Source: Nitrososphaeria archaeon
GTDB taxonomy: Archaea; Thermoproteota; Nitrososphaeria; JACIWG01
Assembly: GCA_050011875.1 (NCBI GenBank)
Contig: JBEKIG010000007.1
Location: 52,260-116,259 of the forward strand
Length of the DNA: 64,000 nucleotides
Direction of reading: 5' to 3'
Below the pieces are notes generated by a model that searched no databases, was not told the DNA's origin, and worked only from the letters and a program-made list of their open reading frames with translations. Below, piece after piece: positions 32,545 through 43,534 of this stretch (within the stretch, counting starts at the first letter, position 1; each line of letters begins with the position of its first letter). Made by a program: the position numbers and the translations under genes.

Positions 32545-32996
32545 TGATTTAGTTATTATTTCCGATATAAGTTTTTTGTATTTAAGTACATAATAAAGAA
32601 ACTTTCCAATTAAAAAAGATTAGGTAAACCAATAATTCGTTATGTAATACACAATCCTTACGTCTTCAGAGTGTTGTTCTTGGAAGTAAGTAAATCTAAT
32701 AGTTAAACTTAGCTTTTAAGATACATAATCTAATTGTTATTCAAACTTCCAGCCACCATGACTACTAGAATATGACTAGAACATCATTAGAACAGTTCTA
32801 TTAGGGTTCTACAAAATTGGGTATTAAATACACATCTTGTAATAGTAGCCGCACGCAAGAGAGCAGTGGAACCAAAACTCAAAATCATGAGGTAAATCCA
32901 CCATCACCTTCTTTTTATTATAAGAGCAAATATTCTTATTCTTTTTTAGCCGATGTATGTCATCCATGGTTCAGTTATCAGACTAAGGATCAAATA

Positions 32997-33620
32997 TTAT
33001 GAAAAACTGGAATCTTTTAAGAGATTTGATAGCTCTCTTTTAACTTGCCCCACTGATTTAAACAGAATAGTTTGAACACCAAATTTTCTGAAGAACTCCA
33101 CATTGACGGTTGAATTGTCAACGATGATCACTTCGTCATCCTTAACGTTCAATTTCTGAAATAATATTTTCAAGAGCCTTTTATTGGGTTTCAACATACC
33201 ATGTTCAAAAGAATAAACGTAGCAATCGAACTCTTTGTCCAAATTATATTTCCTGTTCAAGTATTCGACCCTCTCTTTAGTGTTGTCCGATAGGACAGCG
33301 ACCTTGTAACATTTCCTAAGTTTTCTTATCAAAGTCTTCATACCCCAATTTCTAGTGTAAGATGAATTCCATATTTCATTTAGGTAACCGATAGTTTTAT
33401 TATCCGTGTGCAGCTCTCCTTTAGCAGCCTCCCAAAATTTCTTCTCGTCTATCTTTCCTAGCCTATAATCTCCACCTAAACTATGCCCACCAAAAATTTT
33501 TTCAAGTTTACTCTTTGGCACATGTAATATCTCCTCAAATCGCCTCACCGCCTTGGCCGTTCCATCCGCAAAGTAAACCCCACCTAAGTCGAAGATTATT
33601 GCTTTAATTTGGCTTGGCAT
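32997..33620 (-). CDS. HAD-superfamily phosphatase (YihX-like)
   Basis: IIFDLGGV, LSDN, LKP and VDN motifs; start moved to ATG 33620. Confidence 0.85.
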   Translation of the reverse strand: MPSQIKAIIFDLGGVYFADGTAKAVRRFEEILHVPKSKLEKIFGGHSLGGDYRLGKIDEKKFWEAAKGELHTDNKTIGYLNEIWNSSYTRNWGMKTLIRKLRKCYKVAVLSDNTKERVEYLNRKYNLDKEFDCYVYSFEHGMLKPNKRLLKILFQKLNVKDDEVIIVDNSTVNVEFFRKFGVQTILFKSVGQVKRELSNLLKDSSFS

Positions 33621-34091
33621 ACCAAATACGAGCAACAAGGTTTAGCTATAAGGATTTGGTTAAACTAGCTAAATTTTTAACAGATCATGTAGCCCTATCC
33701 TAAGCTTCTGCCTTAAGTTCATTAATCCTCCAACAAGTATACAAAATAAAGGTAATATTTATTGAATGCAGATAAAACAAATTTATTACCTAAAAAAATA
33801 AAGATAAAACTATATAGAGCTTAGTTTAATTTTAATAAGCAAGAATTATCGATAAGATCGAGACTATAATGGAAGTGAAATCTTATTAGTGATTTCCATA
33901 GTGATTTTCTTTCGATTTTAACGGAACTAATGTTAGGTCTATCCGTTAACTTAAAGATATATTATTTGAGAATAAACCCAACAAAACTCGAGATAAACAT
34001 AATCTTTTTAATATAGTCTTTTATAGCTATTCCAGCGTCGATTTCAGTGTTGAAATTATTCGCTTTAAACCAAAAATGGGGGTGAAGAGTA

Positions 34092-34241
34092 TTGGGATAT
34101 AATAATTACAGGGGAAGACCACGCGAAATGCATAAGATAACTTGTAGTGACTGTGGAAAGGAAGCTACTGTGCCATTCAAGCCAACAGAGGGCAAGCCTG
34201 TATATTGTAATGAATGTTACCAGAAACATAGAAGATATTAG
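34092..34241 (+). CDS. CxxC-x17-CxxC small protein (not in the ORF track)
   Basis: TTG start after GGGGGTGA: MGYNNYRGRPREMHKITCSDCGKEATVPFKPTEGKPVYCNECYQKHRRY; T-rich terminator-like tract follows. Confidence 0.9.
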   Translation: MGYNNYRGRPREMHKITCSDCGKEATVPFKPTEGKPVYCNECYQKHRRY

Positions 34242-35056
34242 ATTATCTCTTCGCGATTAATCTTATCCACTTTTTATTTTTTTTATAACTACAAAGATTA
34301 TTATAATTATTACTAATAGGACAGAAATTATCATATAGAGAAGCAATGGTGTAACAATATCGATCAAGGTTTGGGTTTTGGTTGAATAAGAGATGATAGT
34401 GCAAAATTTTTTATAAAAGCATCAACGTAGATCCTAAACTCAACAAACGTCAAGTAACGAGAAACATACCCTCTATGATGCGGTATGGCTGGTTATTCGA
34501 GAAAGGAAGAATTTGTTAACCTACATGGAAAGCAGGGGCGCTACATCCTCTGCTATGGGTTCAAATATGTATGAAAAGACCTGTCCAACGTGAAGTACTC
34601 TGATAACTAAGCGTTTTGTAGTCAAGTTAACCAGTTAGGTGACGACCTTATACAGCGTTTCCCTATCAATGCAGTAAGATGACAATTACCTATATTACTT
34701 TTGCCCGCATTCTGGACAGAAGCGAGCTAACATGGGGATTCTGTTATTGAAGTAAGAGCATGTTATTGAAGCGTAAGCCCAAATACGATTAGGACTTAAC
34801 ATGGTCCCACATAAATTGCAATACTTAAATGTTAACGGAAGACGGCTATTACAACTTGGACAGACCGAGTGCTTGGCAGGTACAGGCAGAGGAACGAGAA
34901 CCTAAAGCCCAAGTTGCAAGCCGATCATCTTCAAGCTGATTATTTCTAAGTGCCTTAAAAAGTTTAGACAAACATCGAAATTTGAACCAAGTAAATAATG
35001 CATCATGAGTACCTGCATGTAGCAAAATTTTTATATTCACTTTAAGAATTTCTGAC

Positions 35057-35485
35057 GTGCCTTCTGTAAATAAGATAGTTGTAGACTGGCAAAGGAACTT
35101 CAGATTTATAGGAAAGGATGAGAATAATCTCACCTTAAGCTTCGATACGTCGATAAAGAGTGGGGGAGACGGTACCGCGTTATCGCCTATGGAAACTCTG
35201 TTAGCGTGTCTAGGGGCATGCACCGGCATGGATATAGTACTGGTGATGAAGAAAAAAAGGCAGAACCTCATCAAGTTTTCAGTCGAAGTCACTGGTCATA
35301 GACGAGACGAAGATCCCATGATATACACCGATATCGAAATGAAGTACATTCTTACGGGGAAAGGCATAAGCAAGGAAGCGGTCGAAAGGGCCATTGAACT
35401 TTCAGAAGAGAAATACTGTTCAGTGGGCGGAATGCTCAAAAAAGCGGCCAACATAAGGACAACATATGAAATAGTAGAAGAATAA
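35057..35485 (+). CDS. OsmC/Ohr family protein (YhfA-like)
   Basis: SPMETLLACLGACTGMD and EKYCSV motifs. Confidence 0.9.
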   Translation: MPSVNKIVVDWQRNFRFIGKDENNLTLSFDTSIKSGGDGTALSPMETLLACLGACTGMDIVLVMKKKRQNLIKFSVEVTGHRRDEDPMIYTDIEMKYILTGKGISKEAVERAIELSEEKYCSVGGMLKKAANIRTTYEIVEE

Positions 35486-35639
35486 TCACCTACTGGCGGT
35501 TGAACAATAATTATTCGAAACCCACCTGGAATTATTTAAATCGATTACTTTAATTTTTAAAATAAGGGTTAACTGATTTATTGCATATATACCTGCGTCT
35601 TTGACAATTTGGTTTATGAGAGCAGAACATTCCTATCTT

Positions 35640-35906
35640 GTGTTGACCGTTCTCTAGTTCACATATTTCTTGTTATTTTAATGCCAGCAGCTTATCATAG
35701 CACTTCTGCCAGATATTAGCAGCTTTCCTGATACCAACATCCTATTTGGCATTCGATACCATGTTATTTGCTTCATACGCCTGATTCTCGATTCTATCTA
35801 ATTCCTTCATGCTTGTGATGTTCGTCTTAATCTCTGACCAGTCGAAACCAATTGAATGGGCAAGAAACGTCGGTATTCGTTCTTTCTCATTTTCCTTAGC
35901 ATTCAT
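35640..35906 (-). pseudogene. Possible decayed helical-protein gene
   Basis: MNAKENEKERIP...SNAK*DVGIRKAANIWQKCYDKLLALK*QEICEL: coding-like frame with in-frame TAG and TAA. Confidence 0.3.
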
Positions 35907-35982
35907 GTTGCACATTAGAAGTTATGAAAGTATTACTAAACAAAAAATTTAACAGCATATAAAATGATGTTAATGGGTAGAA

Positions 35983-36990
35983 ATGACGTTCGTCTTAAAA
36001 TGTACAAAGGAAACCATACTGGAGAAGACGGGTAAGAAGGTGGCGATAATCGGTGCTGGCCCAGCGGGGTTAAAGGCCGCCGATGAACTTATCTGTTTAG
36101 GGCACGAAGTTCATGTCTACGATCAGATGCCCGAAGCTGGCGGACTACTTGTCTTCGGAATTCCAGAAGACAGAATAAAAAAGGAAAGTGTGAGAGAATA
36201 CGTGAAGCAATTAGAGTATGCTGGTGTGATATTCAAGACGAACGTAAAGGTCGGAAGAGACGTCAAATTCGCTGATCTGATAAAGGACTATGATGCCGTT
36301 TTACTGGCGACTGGTGCCTGGAGTAATCGAAGGATGAATCTGTCCGGAGTAGATCTCAAAGGCGTCTACTATGCGCTAGACCTGATAATTCACAATAATT
36401 ATGAAAAGCTCGGTTACCCAGATAGCTTTCACCCACCACTGTTGACTGGAACTGTAGTCGTAATCGGGGGAGGGCTTACGGCTGTTGACGCTTGCACCCT
36501 TGCTTTAGAAAAAAAAGCCGAAAAAGTGATATTGATGTATAGGAGGACTAAGGAATACGCGCCGGCAGGCCGAAGGATGATCGAAAAACTTCAATCCTTG
36601 GGGGTCGAATACGATGAACTATCTCAGCCGGTTGAATTCGTTGGGGATGAAATGGGCAATTTGAAGGCGGTAAAAGCTGTCAGAACACGTTTAATAGAAA
36701 ACGATATAAAAGGTCATCCTAGGTCTGTTCCCATCGAAAGCACTGAATATATGATACCAGCTGACTCTGTTTTGTTGGCAACGGGTTTAATTCCATCATT
36801 TCCAACTGACGCTATTGATGTAGTAAAAGCAAGTAGCCAAGGTGGCGGAGAAATGTTTAGGACGAACATTGTTAACGTGTTCATAGCAGGAGATGTTAAA
36901 CATGGCGCATCATTTATTTTGCCTGCCATGCAAAGTGGAATCCAAGTTGCTGAATTAATTCACGAATATCTTGTTAAACAGAAGGATTAA
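35983..36990 (+). CDS. FAD/NAD(P)-dependent oxidoreductase, GltD/SudA-like, lacking the N-terminal Fe-S domain
   Basis: IIGAGPAG, GGLLVFGIP, ATGAW, IGGGLTAVD, YRR and FIAGD motifs. Confidence 0.88.
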   Translation: MTFVLKCTKETILEKTGKKVAIIGAGPAGLKAADELICLGHEVHVYDQMPEAGGLLVFGIPEDRIKKESVREYVKQLEYAGVIFKTNVKVGRDVKFADLIKDYDAVLLATGAWSNRRMNLSGVDLKGVYYALDLIIHNNYEKLGYPDSFHPPLLTGTVVVIGGGLTAVDACTLALEKKAEKVILMYRRTKEYAPAGRRMIEKLQSLGVEYDELSQPVEFVGDEMGNLKAVKAVRTRLIENDIKGHPRSVPIESTEYMIPADSVLLATGLIPSFPTDAIDVVKASSQGGGEMFRTNIVNVFIAGDVKHGASFILPAMQSGIQVAELIHEYLVKQKD

Positions 36991-37291
36991 CTACCTTAAA
37001 ATCATAATCTTACCAGTTTAAGCAATTTTATGGGATCTATCTACAAATAGTTAACCATGACATTTTTAATTAAAAATAGAGATACCTTATAAAATCATCG
37101 AAACTTTTTAGTTGGTCTGTCTACACAAACTGTTCTTTTAAAGTGTCAAGAACAAGGCTATAAATTTCCTAGTCAGTGTGTTCATTGTTTCCGTAGGTAG
37201 TACTTAACTTCTGACTCGAACCTTTAAAAGTGGTCAAATCGATATAAGCACCTGAAAAATCGAAATCGTAAACATGTCAGCATCAGATTAA

Positions 37292-37423
37292 ACCCTAGAT
37301 AGCATTAAACAATATATCGATTTAGGTATCACCGACTTCAATATAGGAACTGATACTAAGATTCTCTATAACCTTTGGAGAGAACAAGGCAACAGATTCA
37401 GGAAGCTATTCTCTAAAATTTAA
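37292..37423 (+). pseudogene. C-terminal remnant of an HpcH/HpaI-family aldolase
   Basis: Manual translation TLDSIKQYIDLGITDFNIGTDTKILYNLWREQGNRFRKLFSKI*. Confidence 0.55.
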
Positions 37424-37558
37424 GAATACTACATTAAGCATCAGTTGATCTCTTTCTCCTATCGCTAGATTTTAATTGGGTAAAAAGCTTGGTTCCAATC
37501 TAGGAACTTGAAAAACTTAAATCACTTAGTTATTGACTGATCCTTAAGATATTAAATC

Positions 37559-38321
37559 TTGAAAATTAAAAACTTTACGATCAACGTTATTATTGCAATA
37601 ATCTTAATCGTTATATTATTCCCTATTATTTGGATGTTACTTTGTTCTTTCAAATCGAATGTGGATATTATTACTCTCAAATTTTTCTTTAAACCGACCC
37701 TAGCCAATTATTTAAATGTTTTATCAACAGGGCGGCTCCTTACCGGTTTAAAAAACAGCGTGATAGTTGATGCAGGTGCATTACTTATAGGATTTGCGGT
37801 CGGTGTCCCTTTGGCGTATATCTTTGCTCGAGTAAACTTTCGTGGAAGAGAGTACTTGAAATTTTATGTCGCTTCTCTAAGATTTATGCCTCCTGTCGCA
37901 GTCATTATTCCTTTCCTGGCTATCTGGTTAATAGTAGGTCTATATGATACGCAGATTGCGCTTATTGTTACGTATTCGATGATAACCTCGTGCACGATGA
38001 TCTGGTTATGCATCGAATGCTTTACCTCAGTACCTATCAGTTGTGAAGAATCTGCCGCAGTAGATGGCTGTGATCCTTTCCAAGTTTTTTATTCCAAGTG
38101 TGCTTGCGATGCTTGTTTTCACTTTTATCTCAGTATGGAATGAATTCTTCCTAGCATTTGTTCTTACTGTCTTCAAAGCGTATACTCTGCCAGTAGCAGT
38201 CGAAGGAGCAATGGGTTCGTGGGGGCAGGTTTCCGCTATGGTTATCCTGTTTTCACTTCCACCATTACTATTAACATGGATTCTTTTAAGATACCTGCCA
38301 AGTTACTATAAAATAGAATAA
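37559..38321 (+). pseudogene. Carbohydrate ABC permease (MalG-type), frameshifted orphan copy
   Basis: EESAAVDG EAA loop and WNEF; 23-nt deletion after 38092 relative to the 53176-53944 paralogue. Confidence 0.88.
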
Positions 38322-38519
38322 TCGAAACCTCAAACAATTTCTATAATTAAAAAGGCAATAATACTTGAAAATTAAAATATGGATTAAAAGTTTCAAGAAT
38401 AATAGACGGTTGCTGTTCATTCGCAAACTAGTAGGCATGTATAAGTAAATATATATAAATTTGTTAGATATATTCAGAAATATTTCAGAAGTTCAGTATA
38501 ACTATATTGTAATAAACTC

Positions 38520-38790
38520 TACTTTCGAAATATATTTGAAAAATTTTTCTTCCTTGTATCTGGAGTTATAATAAGTGTTCCTTTCACTTTTTTTGTTGAG
38601 ACATTAACTAACTAGTACTTAATAAATTTGAATACGTCACAATTCTATATTACTATACTTTCTCTATCAATATCAACGTCTTTTATTGAGGAATTTGCAA
38701 AGGTCTACCCTCTATTCTATCGCCATGGAGAAACTGAAAGATAGATTTTTATCTTAGGTTTTCTAGTAGAATTAACTTTAAACTATTACA
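38520..38790 (+). pseudogene. PrsW-family intramembrane protease remnant
   Basis: EKFFFLVSGVIISVPFT...N*YL...FIEEFAKVYPLFYRHGETER*IFILGFLV: EExxK motif, TAG stops at 38613 and 38742, 3' part missing. Confidence 0.65.
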
Positions 38791-39045
38791 GGTAATATAA
38801 TAGCTAAATTTTCAAAAAAATAGAGCAAGTACAGCCTAAAGTACCATATGAGAATGAATTTGCATGCTTCGAATTCGAGGAATCCATCAATAAAGTAGCT
38901 GTCGATACTATTTATTAGAATAGACCACCACATTTAAAGTTCAGAGATGAGCGTCCAAATCCTTGGTTCATCATTTCTTAGAGGAATTTAATCGTAAGGC
39001 CTTGTGTTCACGTGTTTTTGCTCTTTCTCAGGCTATCGGTCGCGG

Positions 39046-39618
39046 CTATAGTCCGATAGTCTTTACCATCATCTTTCCCATGTACCTTACACCTTCTATG
39101 CCCTCTTTATCTTTGGCGACTTCCCCCTTCTTATTACCTATGGCGAACGCCCTTCCACCGCTTGGGATTATCATCCTGACTGCTGTTACGAACATGATCA
39201 TCTGGTCACAGGTTCTTGCTGCACCAGAGCGACGGGCGACAGCGATGACACCACCAACCTTCCCTGCGAAGTCCTTTTTTTCCCGTGCTAGGGCGAGGTA
39301 GCCTATCCTATCTATGGATGTCTTCATCTGCGCCGTCACACCCTGAAAGTAGGAGGGGCTGCCAAGAATGAAGCCATCCGCCTTGAGAATCTCCTGGTAG
39401 AGCTTCTCGCCGTCATCATCGATAACACATTCCTTAGTGTTAAAGCAAGTCCTGCATGCGTTACATGGTTGGAGACTGTAGTCGGAGATGCGTATTAACT
39501 TAACATCTGCACCCTCCTCCTTTGCAGCAGTCAAAGCCTCCTGCAATATCATGTCGGTATTACCCCCAACCCTAGGGCTTCCACTTATCCCTACAATGAG
39601 CATTTCTATCTCTTCCAT
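39046..39618 (-). CDS. Iron-sulfur flavoprotein (ISF, flavodoxin-like)
   Basis: GSPRVGGNT, CxxCxxCx5C cluster motif and GSPSY. Confidence 0.9.
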   Translation of the reverse strand: MEEIEMLIVGISGSPRVGGNTDMILQEALTAAKEEGADVKLIRISDYSLQPCNACRTCFNTKECVIDDDGEKLYQEILKADGFILGSPSYFQGVTAQMKTSIDRIGYLALAREKKDFAGKVGGVIAVARRSGAARTCDQMIMFVTAVRMIIPSGGRAFAIGNKKGEVAKDKEGIEGVRYMGKMMVKTIGL

Positions 39619-39961
39619 ACCACATTTCTAACTAATATATCTACTCTCGTTTATCTCCCTTCCAGAGAATTACAGAAAATTCAATTTAATAAGAAAAAAC
39701 AAGTTAAACCGTCTTTAACATATTCTACAAAACAATTCCAAAAATTTGATATGGGCCAAACATTGTTTGACAAAAAATTGAAAAAATTAACCAACACTGC
39801 TTTACGAATCGTTTTGTGCAAATTAGTTTCAAGTTCCTTTACTGCATCATAAAAGAAAAAGATAAAGGTAGAATTTTAATTTTACAAAATGCAATAACGA
39901 AAGTTTATAAGAATTTAAAGAAAAAAGTGGAGGTGGTTATACTTTTCTACATTATCGCCTA

Positions 39962-40369
39962 TCATTCTGAGGTTTTTCCGTCAAAGTGTTCTTCGCTAGT
40001 CATCGCTTCCTTCTTGGTACGGCGCACTACGCCGTCCTGGTGTTCAGGCGGAGAGTAGATCGTGTAAAGTTTGAGGTTCACGAGCTTAGAGGTGTTGACA
40101 ACGTTATGTCTGGCACCCGATGGGATGATGACCGCGCTTCCGTCCTTGATACGGTGTTCTACGCCGTCAATAACCACTTTACCTTTCCCTTCCTCAAATC
40201 GGAAGAATTGATCAACATCTTCATGCGTTTCCTCACCTATTTCTTCACCGGGCTTGAGGCTCATGAGCACGAGCTGGCTGTGCTTCCCCGTATAAAGTAC
40301 ATGACGGAAATCAGCGTTCTTTTTTGTTTCTTTCTCGATATCGACTATGTATCCTCTCAAATCTATCAC
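39962..40369 (-). CDS. Cupin domain protein
   Basis: SQLVLMSL.PGEEIGEETH..VDQFFR...HNV...YSPPEH pattern. Confidence 0.9.
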   Translation of the reverse strand: MIDLRGYIVDIEKETKKNADFRHVLYTGKHSQLVLMSLKPGEEIGEETHEDVDQFFRFEEGKGKVVIDGVEHRIKDGSAVIIPSGARHNVVNTSKLVNLKLYTIYSPPEHQDGVVRRTKKEAMTSEEHFDGKTSE

Positions 40370-40817
40370 CTTGATTTATAAAAGCACCCAACCCCTTATT
40401 AAGATTTATACAAACAAAGTTGCCCTGAGCTGAGCGACCGACTTCTCAGAAGCTTTAAACATACGTCACATTGGCTCTATTATTTTTAGAGGAACTGTGA
40501 ATATTGCATTTCTATTTTTATCGTATTGGCTATTTACTGTTGGTAAGTACCGACGATGAGGATTATATTAGTTTTGACTTTCGTTTATCTGAGGTGAAAA
40601 GGAGTTGAAACATATGAAACACTCGTCAAGTGGATTAAGGAAGCGATAGGTTCACCTTAGTTAATGGATAACTGTTGGCACACTTTAAGGGGGATATCCT
40701 TATCTCTTTGGTGCATCTTATTAATTGGTTTCGTATATGTAGAAATGATCTAACGTAAATCTCTGAAGATTCAGTTTTCTAATAAAAATTTAAATAAAGC
40801 TAAGAAATTGGAACCAT

Positions 40818-41768
40818 ATGGAATTTCTAGTTTTGGGTTGTAGGGGATATGGTAAAGTACACATTGAAGCTCTTCAAAAGTTAGGCGTGGAAGTAAGTGC
40901 TTTTGCCAGGACTGAAGGAGCATTAGAGGAGTGCTCCAAATATTCTCACTTGAAGAGGTCATTCACGGACATCAACGAAGCAATAAATTCTCCTGCTGAT
41001 GTGATAGATATAGTGTTGCCTCACAGCATGCACAAAGAGATCGCCGTCAAGGCATTGAAGAGGGGGAAACACGTTCTAGTCGAGAAGCCTATTGCCACAA
41101 CGGTTCGAGATGCTTGGGAAATGGTGAATACCGCGAAGGAGATGAAGAGGAAGTTTATGGTCATGGAACAGTGCTTTTTCGACCCCTCCGTCAGTATGAC
41201 AAAGAAACTGATAAGTGAAGGAAAAATAGGAAAGGTTCACTCTATTATAGTAAGGGCTCAGGAAAGGTGGGGTGGAGGAGGATGGAGGGTCGGCATGAGA
41301 GAGATGGGAGGTGGTAACCTAATAGATGGAGGAATCCACTTTATGGATACTTTCCTTAACTTCGGGGGAGAGTATTTAGAAGTCAAGGCCTTCACCTACA
41401 GAACAGGGGAGATATTAGAGGGTGAAGATACGACCATGGCACTGTTCAGGTTCAGGGCTGGTGCTTATGGTATGTTCTACTACAGCTGGAATTACCCAAA
41501 TCCTCCTGCCCTACCAAGATTTGAAGTTGTTGGTGATGGGGGAAGCATAGTAGAAGACGTAAGGTTGAGGTTGAAGAGACCTTATGGGCCGCTTATCGTA
41601 AACGGAAACCCATTGCCTGTTGAGGATGTGGATGTCTACTATGGGATGATGAGGGATTTTAAAAAAAGCATCGAAGAGAATTCGGAAGTTCCCTTCCCAC
41701 CCGAGTTAGCTGTGAGGGATCTGGAAGGAGTTATAGCGATATATTCAGCCAGCAACGCATTCAGATAG
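40818..41768 (+). CDS. Gfo/Idh/MocA oxidoreductase
   Basis: GKHVLVEKP and GGGNLIDGGIH motifs. Confidence 0.92.
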   Translation: MEFLVLGCRGYGKVHIEALQKLGVEVSAFARTEGALEECSKYSHLKRSFTDINEAINSPADVIDIVLPHSMHKEIAVKALKRGKHVLVEKPIATTVRDAWEMVNTAKEMKRKFMVMEQCFFDPSVSMTKKLISEGKIGKVHSIIVRAQERWGGGGWRVGMREMGGGNLIDGGIHFMDTFLNFGGEYLEVKAFTYRTGEILEGEDTTMALFRFRAGAYGMFYYSWNYPNPPALPRFEVVGDGGSIVEDVRLRLKRPYGPLIVNGNPLPVEDVDVYYGMMRDFKKSIEENSEVPFPPELAVRDLEGVIAIYSASNAFR

Positions 41769-42087
41769 TGAAAAAGAGCTTTTAATGGAAATAGCCCTAT
41801 TGATCCAATTTTTCTGAGAATAATTAGGTTTAGGTATTAGAATACATTCTTAGTTTTCTAATAACATTGTTATATCAGGTCTTAATTGGACCTCATCGAC
41901 GGCCGTATAGTTGACTGCCAAAAATGTGTTTTGTTTCCGATTTACTTTATTATTTGATTCTATTAGCTTATGCGTTGAAGATTCTGGTAAAGGGACTAAA
42001 TATGTTGTTTGAGCTGAATAGAATGAGTAAAAGAATCTCAAGATTTCAAATGCAGCTGCAATCAAAAATCAGGGTCGTGAATGAAAA

Positions 42088-42951
42088 ATGAATGAAATGA
42101 CAGGTAAGGTTTGCATTGTAACGGGAAGCAACTCGGGTATTGGAAAAGAGACTGCTTTGGGTTTAGCTCAGATGGGCGCGCACGCCGTAATGGTGGTGCG
42201 CAACATGGGACGTGGTGGAAAAGCTAGAGCTGAAATAATCAACAAAAGCGGGAACCGTTCCATAGACCTTATGAATTGTGACCTTTCGTTGATGAATTCG
42301 ATACGAAAATTTGCCGAGGAATTCAGAGGCAAATATGATAGGCTGGATGTGCTGATTAACAATGCGGGAGCAGCCTTCAACTCCCGAGAAGTAACAATTG
42401 AGGGTCTAGAAAGGACTTTAGCCGTAGACTATTTTGGGCCGTTTCTGCTTACACATGAACTTTTACCCTTGCTCAAGTCTAGCGCGCCCTCAAGAATAAT
42501 AAATTTGAGCTCAGGGCTACAAAAGAATGGGCAAGTCGATCTTGACGGCCTAAAAGGTGAAAAAGAGTTTGACCATTCAGGGCCATCAGTTTATGCCAAC
42601 GCCAAACTTATGGTCACCATGTTCACCTATGAGCTTGCACGCCAGCTTGAGGGTACTGGAGTAACTGCCAACGTAGTTTTACCCGGCTTCGTTGCAACAA
42701 ATCTTGGAATAAACAGCGGAAGCCTCGTATCTTCCATAATGTTCAAGCTGTTCCGTCCCATGCAGGTTAGTCCTAAGAAGGGAGCTGAAACTTCTCTTTA
42801 TATGGCCTCGTCCGAAGATGTAAGCAATGTTACTGGAAAATGTTTTTCAAAGAAACAGGAAAAAACAACCCCACAAATATCCCAAGATAGGCAATTGCAA
42901 AAACAATTATGGGAAAAGACGCTAGAAGTCTTAGGTTTGACTTCCTACTAA
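42088..42951 (+). CDS. SDR oxidoreductase, retinol-dehydrogenase/protochlorophyllide-reductase-like subgroup
   Basis: TGSNSGIG, INNAG, GPFLLTHELL, YANAK (YxxxK) and QLWEKT tail typical of this subgroup. Confidence 0.88.
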   Translation: MNEMTGKVCIVTGSNSGIGKETALGLAQMGAHAVMVVRNMGRGGKARAEIINKSGNRSIDLMNCDLSLMNSIRKFAEEFRGKYDRLDVLINNAGAAFNSREVTIEGLERTLAVDYFGPFLLTHELLPLLKSSAPSRIINLSSGLQKNGQVDLDGLKGEKEFDHSGPSVYANAKLMVTMFTYELARQLEGTGVTANVVLPGFVATNLGINSGSLVSSIMFKLFRPMQVSPKKGAETSLYMASSEDVSNVTGKCFSKKQEKTTPQISQDRQLQKQLWEKTLEVLGLTSY

Positions 42952-42978
42952 TCAGTTAGCATAAGAGGAAATATTAAT

Positions 42979-43416
42979 TTGGGTCGCCTCGATCCGAAAA
43001 AACTGCATGTCCTGTTTGCACTAGGAGCCTCGCAAGAAATTCTTATTTTACATAGAAGGTACACGCTTACTCATTCTGACACCACAGGCGACCTTTTTCT
43101 TACAATCGAACTCGATTACAATAGTAAACAGATATCAAGGATCTACACACACTTTATGCGTGATGAAATACTGGCTGAATGGAAGGAAGACGATGGAGAA
43201 AGTTTCTTTCTTAACGTGTATTGCTACATATCTGGAGGTTCCATCTTTGGTAGGGCATCTTGGCGTGAATCTATCTTTCGCAGTGAAATGTCCTTGGTCT
43301 TGGAAGCAATTAGATACGGAGGTCTCAAAATGTTTGCCAAATATACAAAACTTGATCAAGCAGTGATAATGATACATTTTACATCCTCAAAATCCTCCTT
43401 ACCCAAAATTGAGTAA
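42979..43416 (+). CDS. STAY-GREEN (SGR) family protein, Mg-dechelatase homologue; premature stop near the C-terminus
   Basis: RRYTLTHSD.TGDLFLTI, MRDEILAEW and IF..EM.LVLEAIRYG; TAA 43414-43416 is followed in frame by WGSSRDYKI* (to 43446), the expected ExWG tail. Confidence 0.88.
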   Translation: MGRLDPKKLHVLFALGASQEILILHRRYTLTHSDTTGDLFLTIELDYNSKQISRIYTHFMRDEILAEWKEDDGESFFLNVYCYISGGSIFGRASWRESIFRSEMSLVLEAIRYGGLKMFAKYTKLDQAVIMIHFTSSKSSLPKIE

Positions 43417-43534
43417 TGGGGGTCATCTAGAGACTACAAAATTTGATCAACCACTAGCTCGCACTACCCCAAATCCAATACATTGATCGAACTATGCTTC
43501 TTAAGAGTCCACCATTTTGCAATCCTAAGGGAAT

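Noticed and set aside
34852-34926. CAACTTGG...CCAAGTTG inverted repeat as an ncRNA
   Set aside because: Only 8 bp of pairing and no recognisable RNA family; could be coding debris
17966-43416. In-frame stops (TGA 17966; TAG 38613 and 38742; TAA 43414) as Sec/Pyl recoding or an alternative genetic code
   Set aside because: All three stop types occur, alongside frameshifts and deletions, and all three end intact genes normally; decay explains them better
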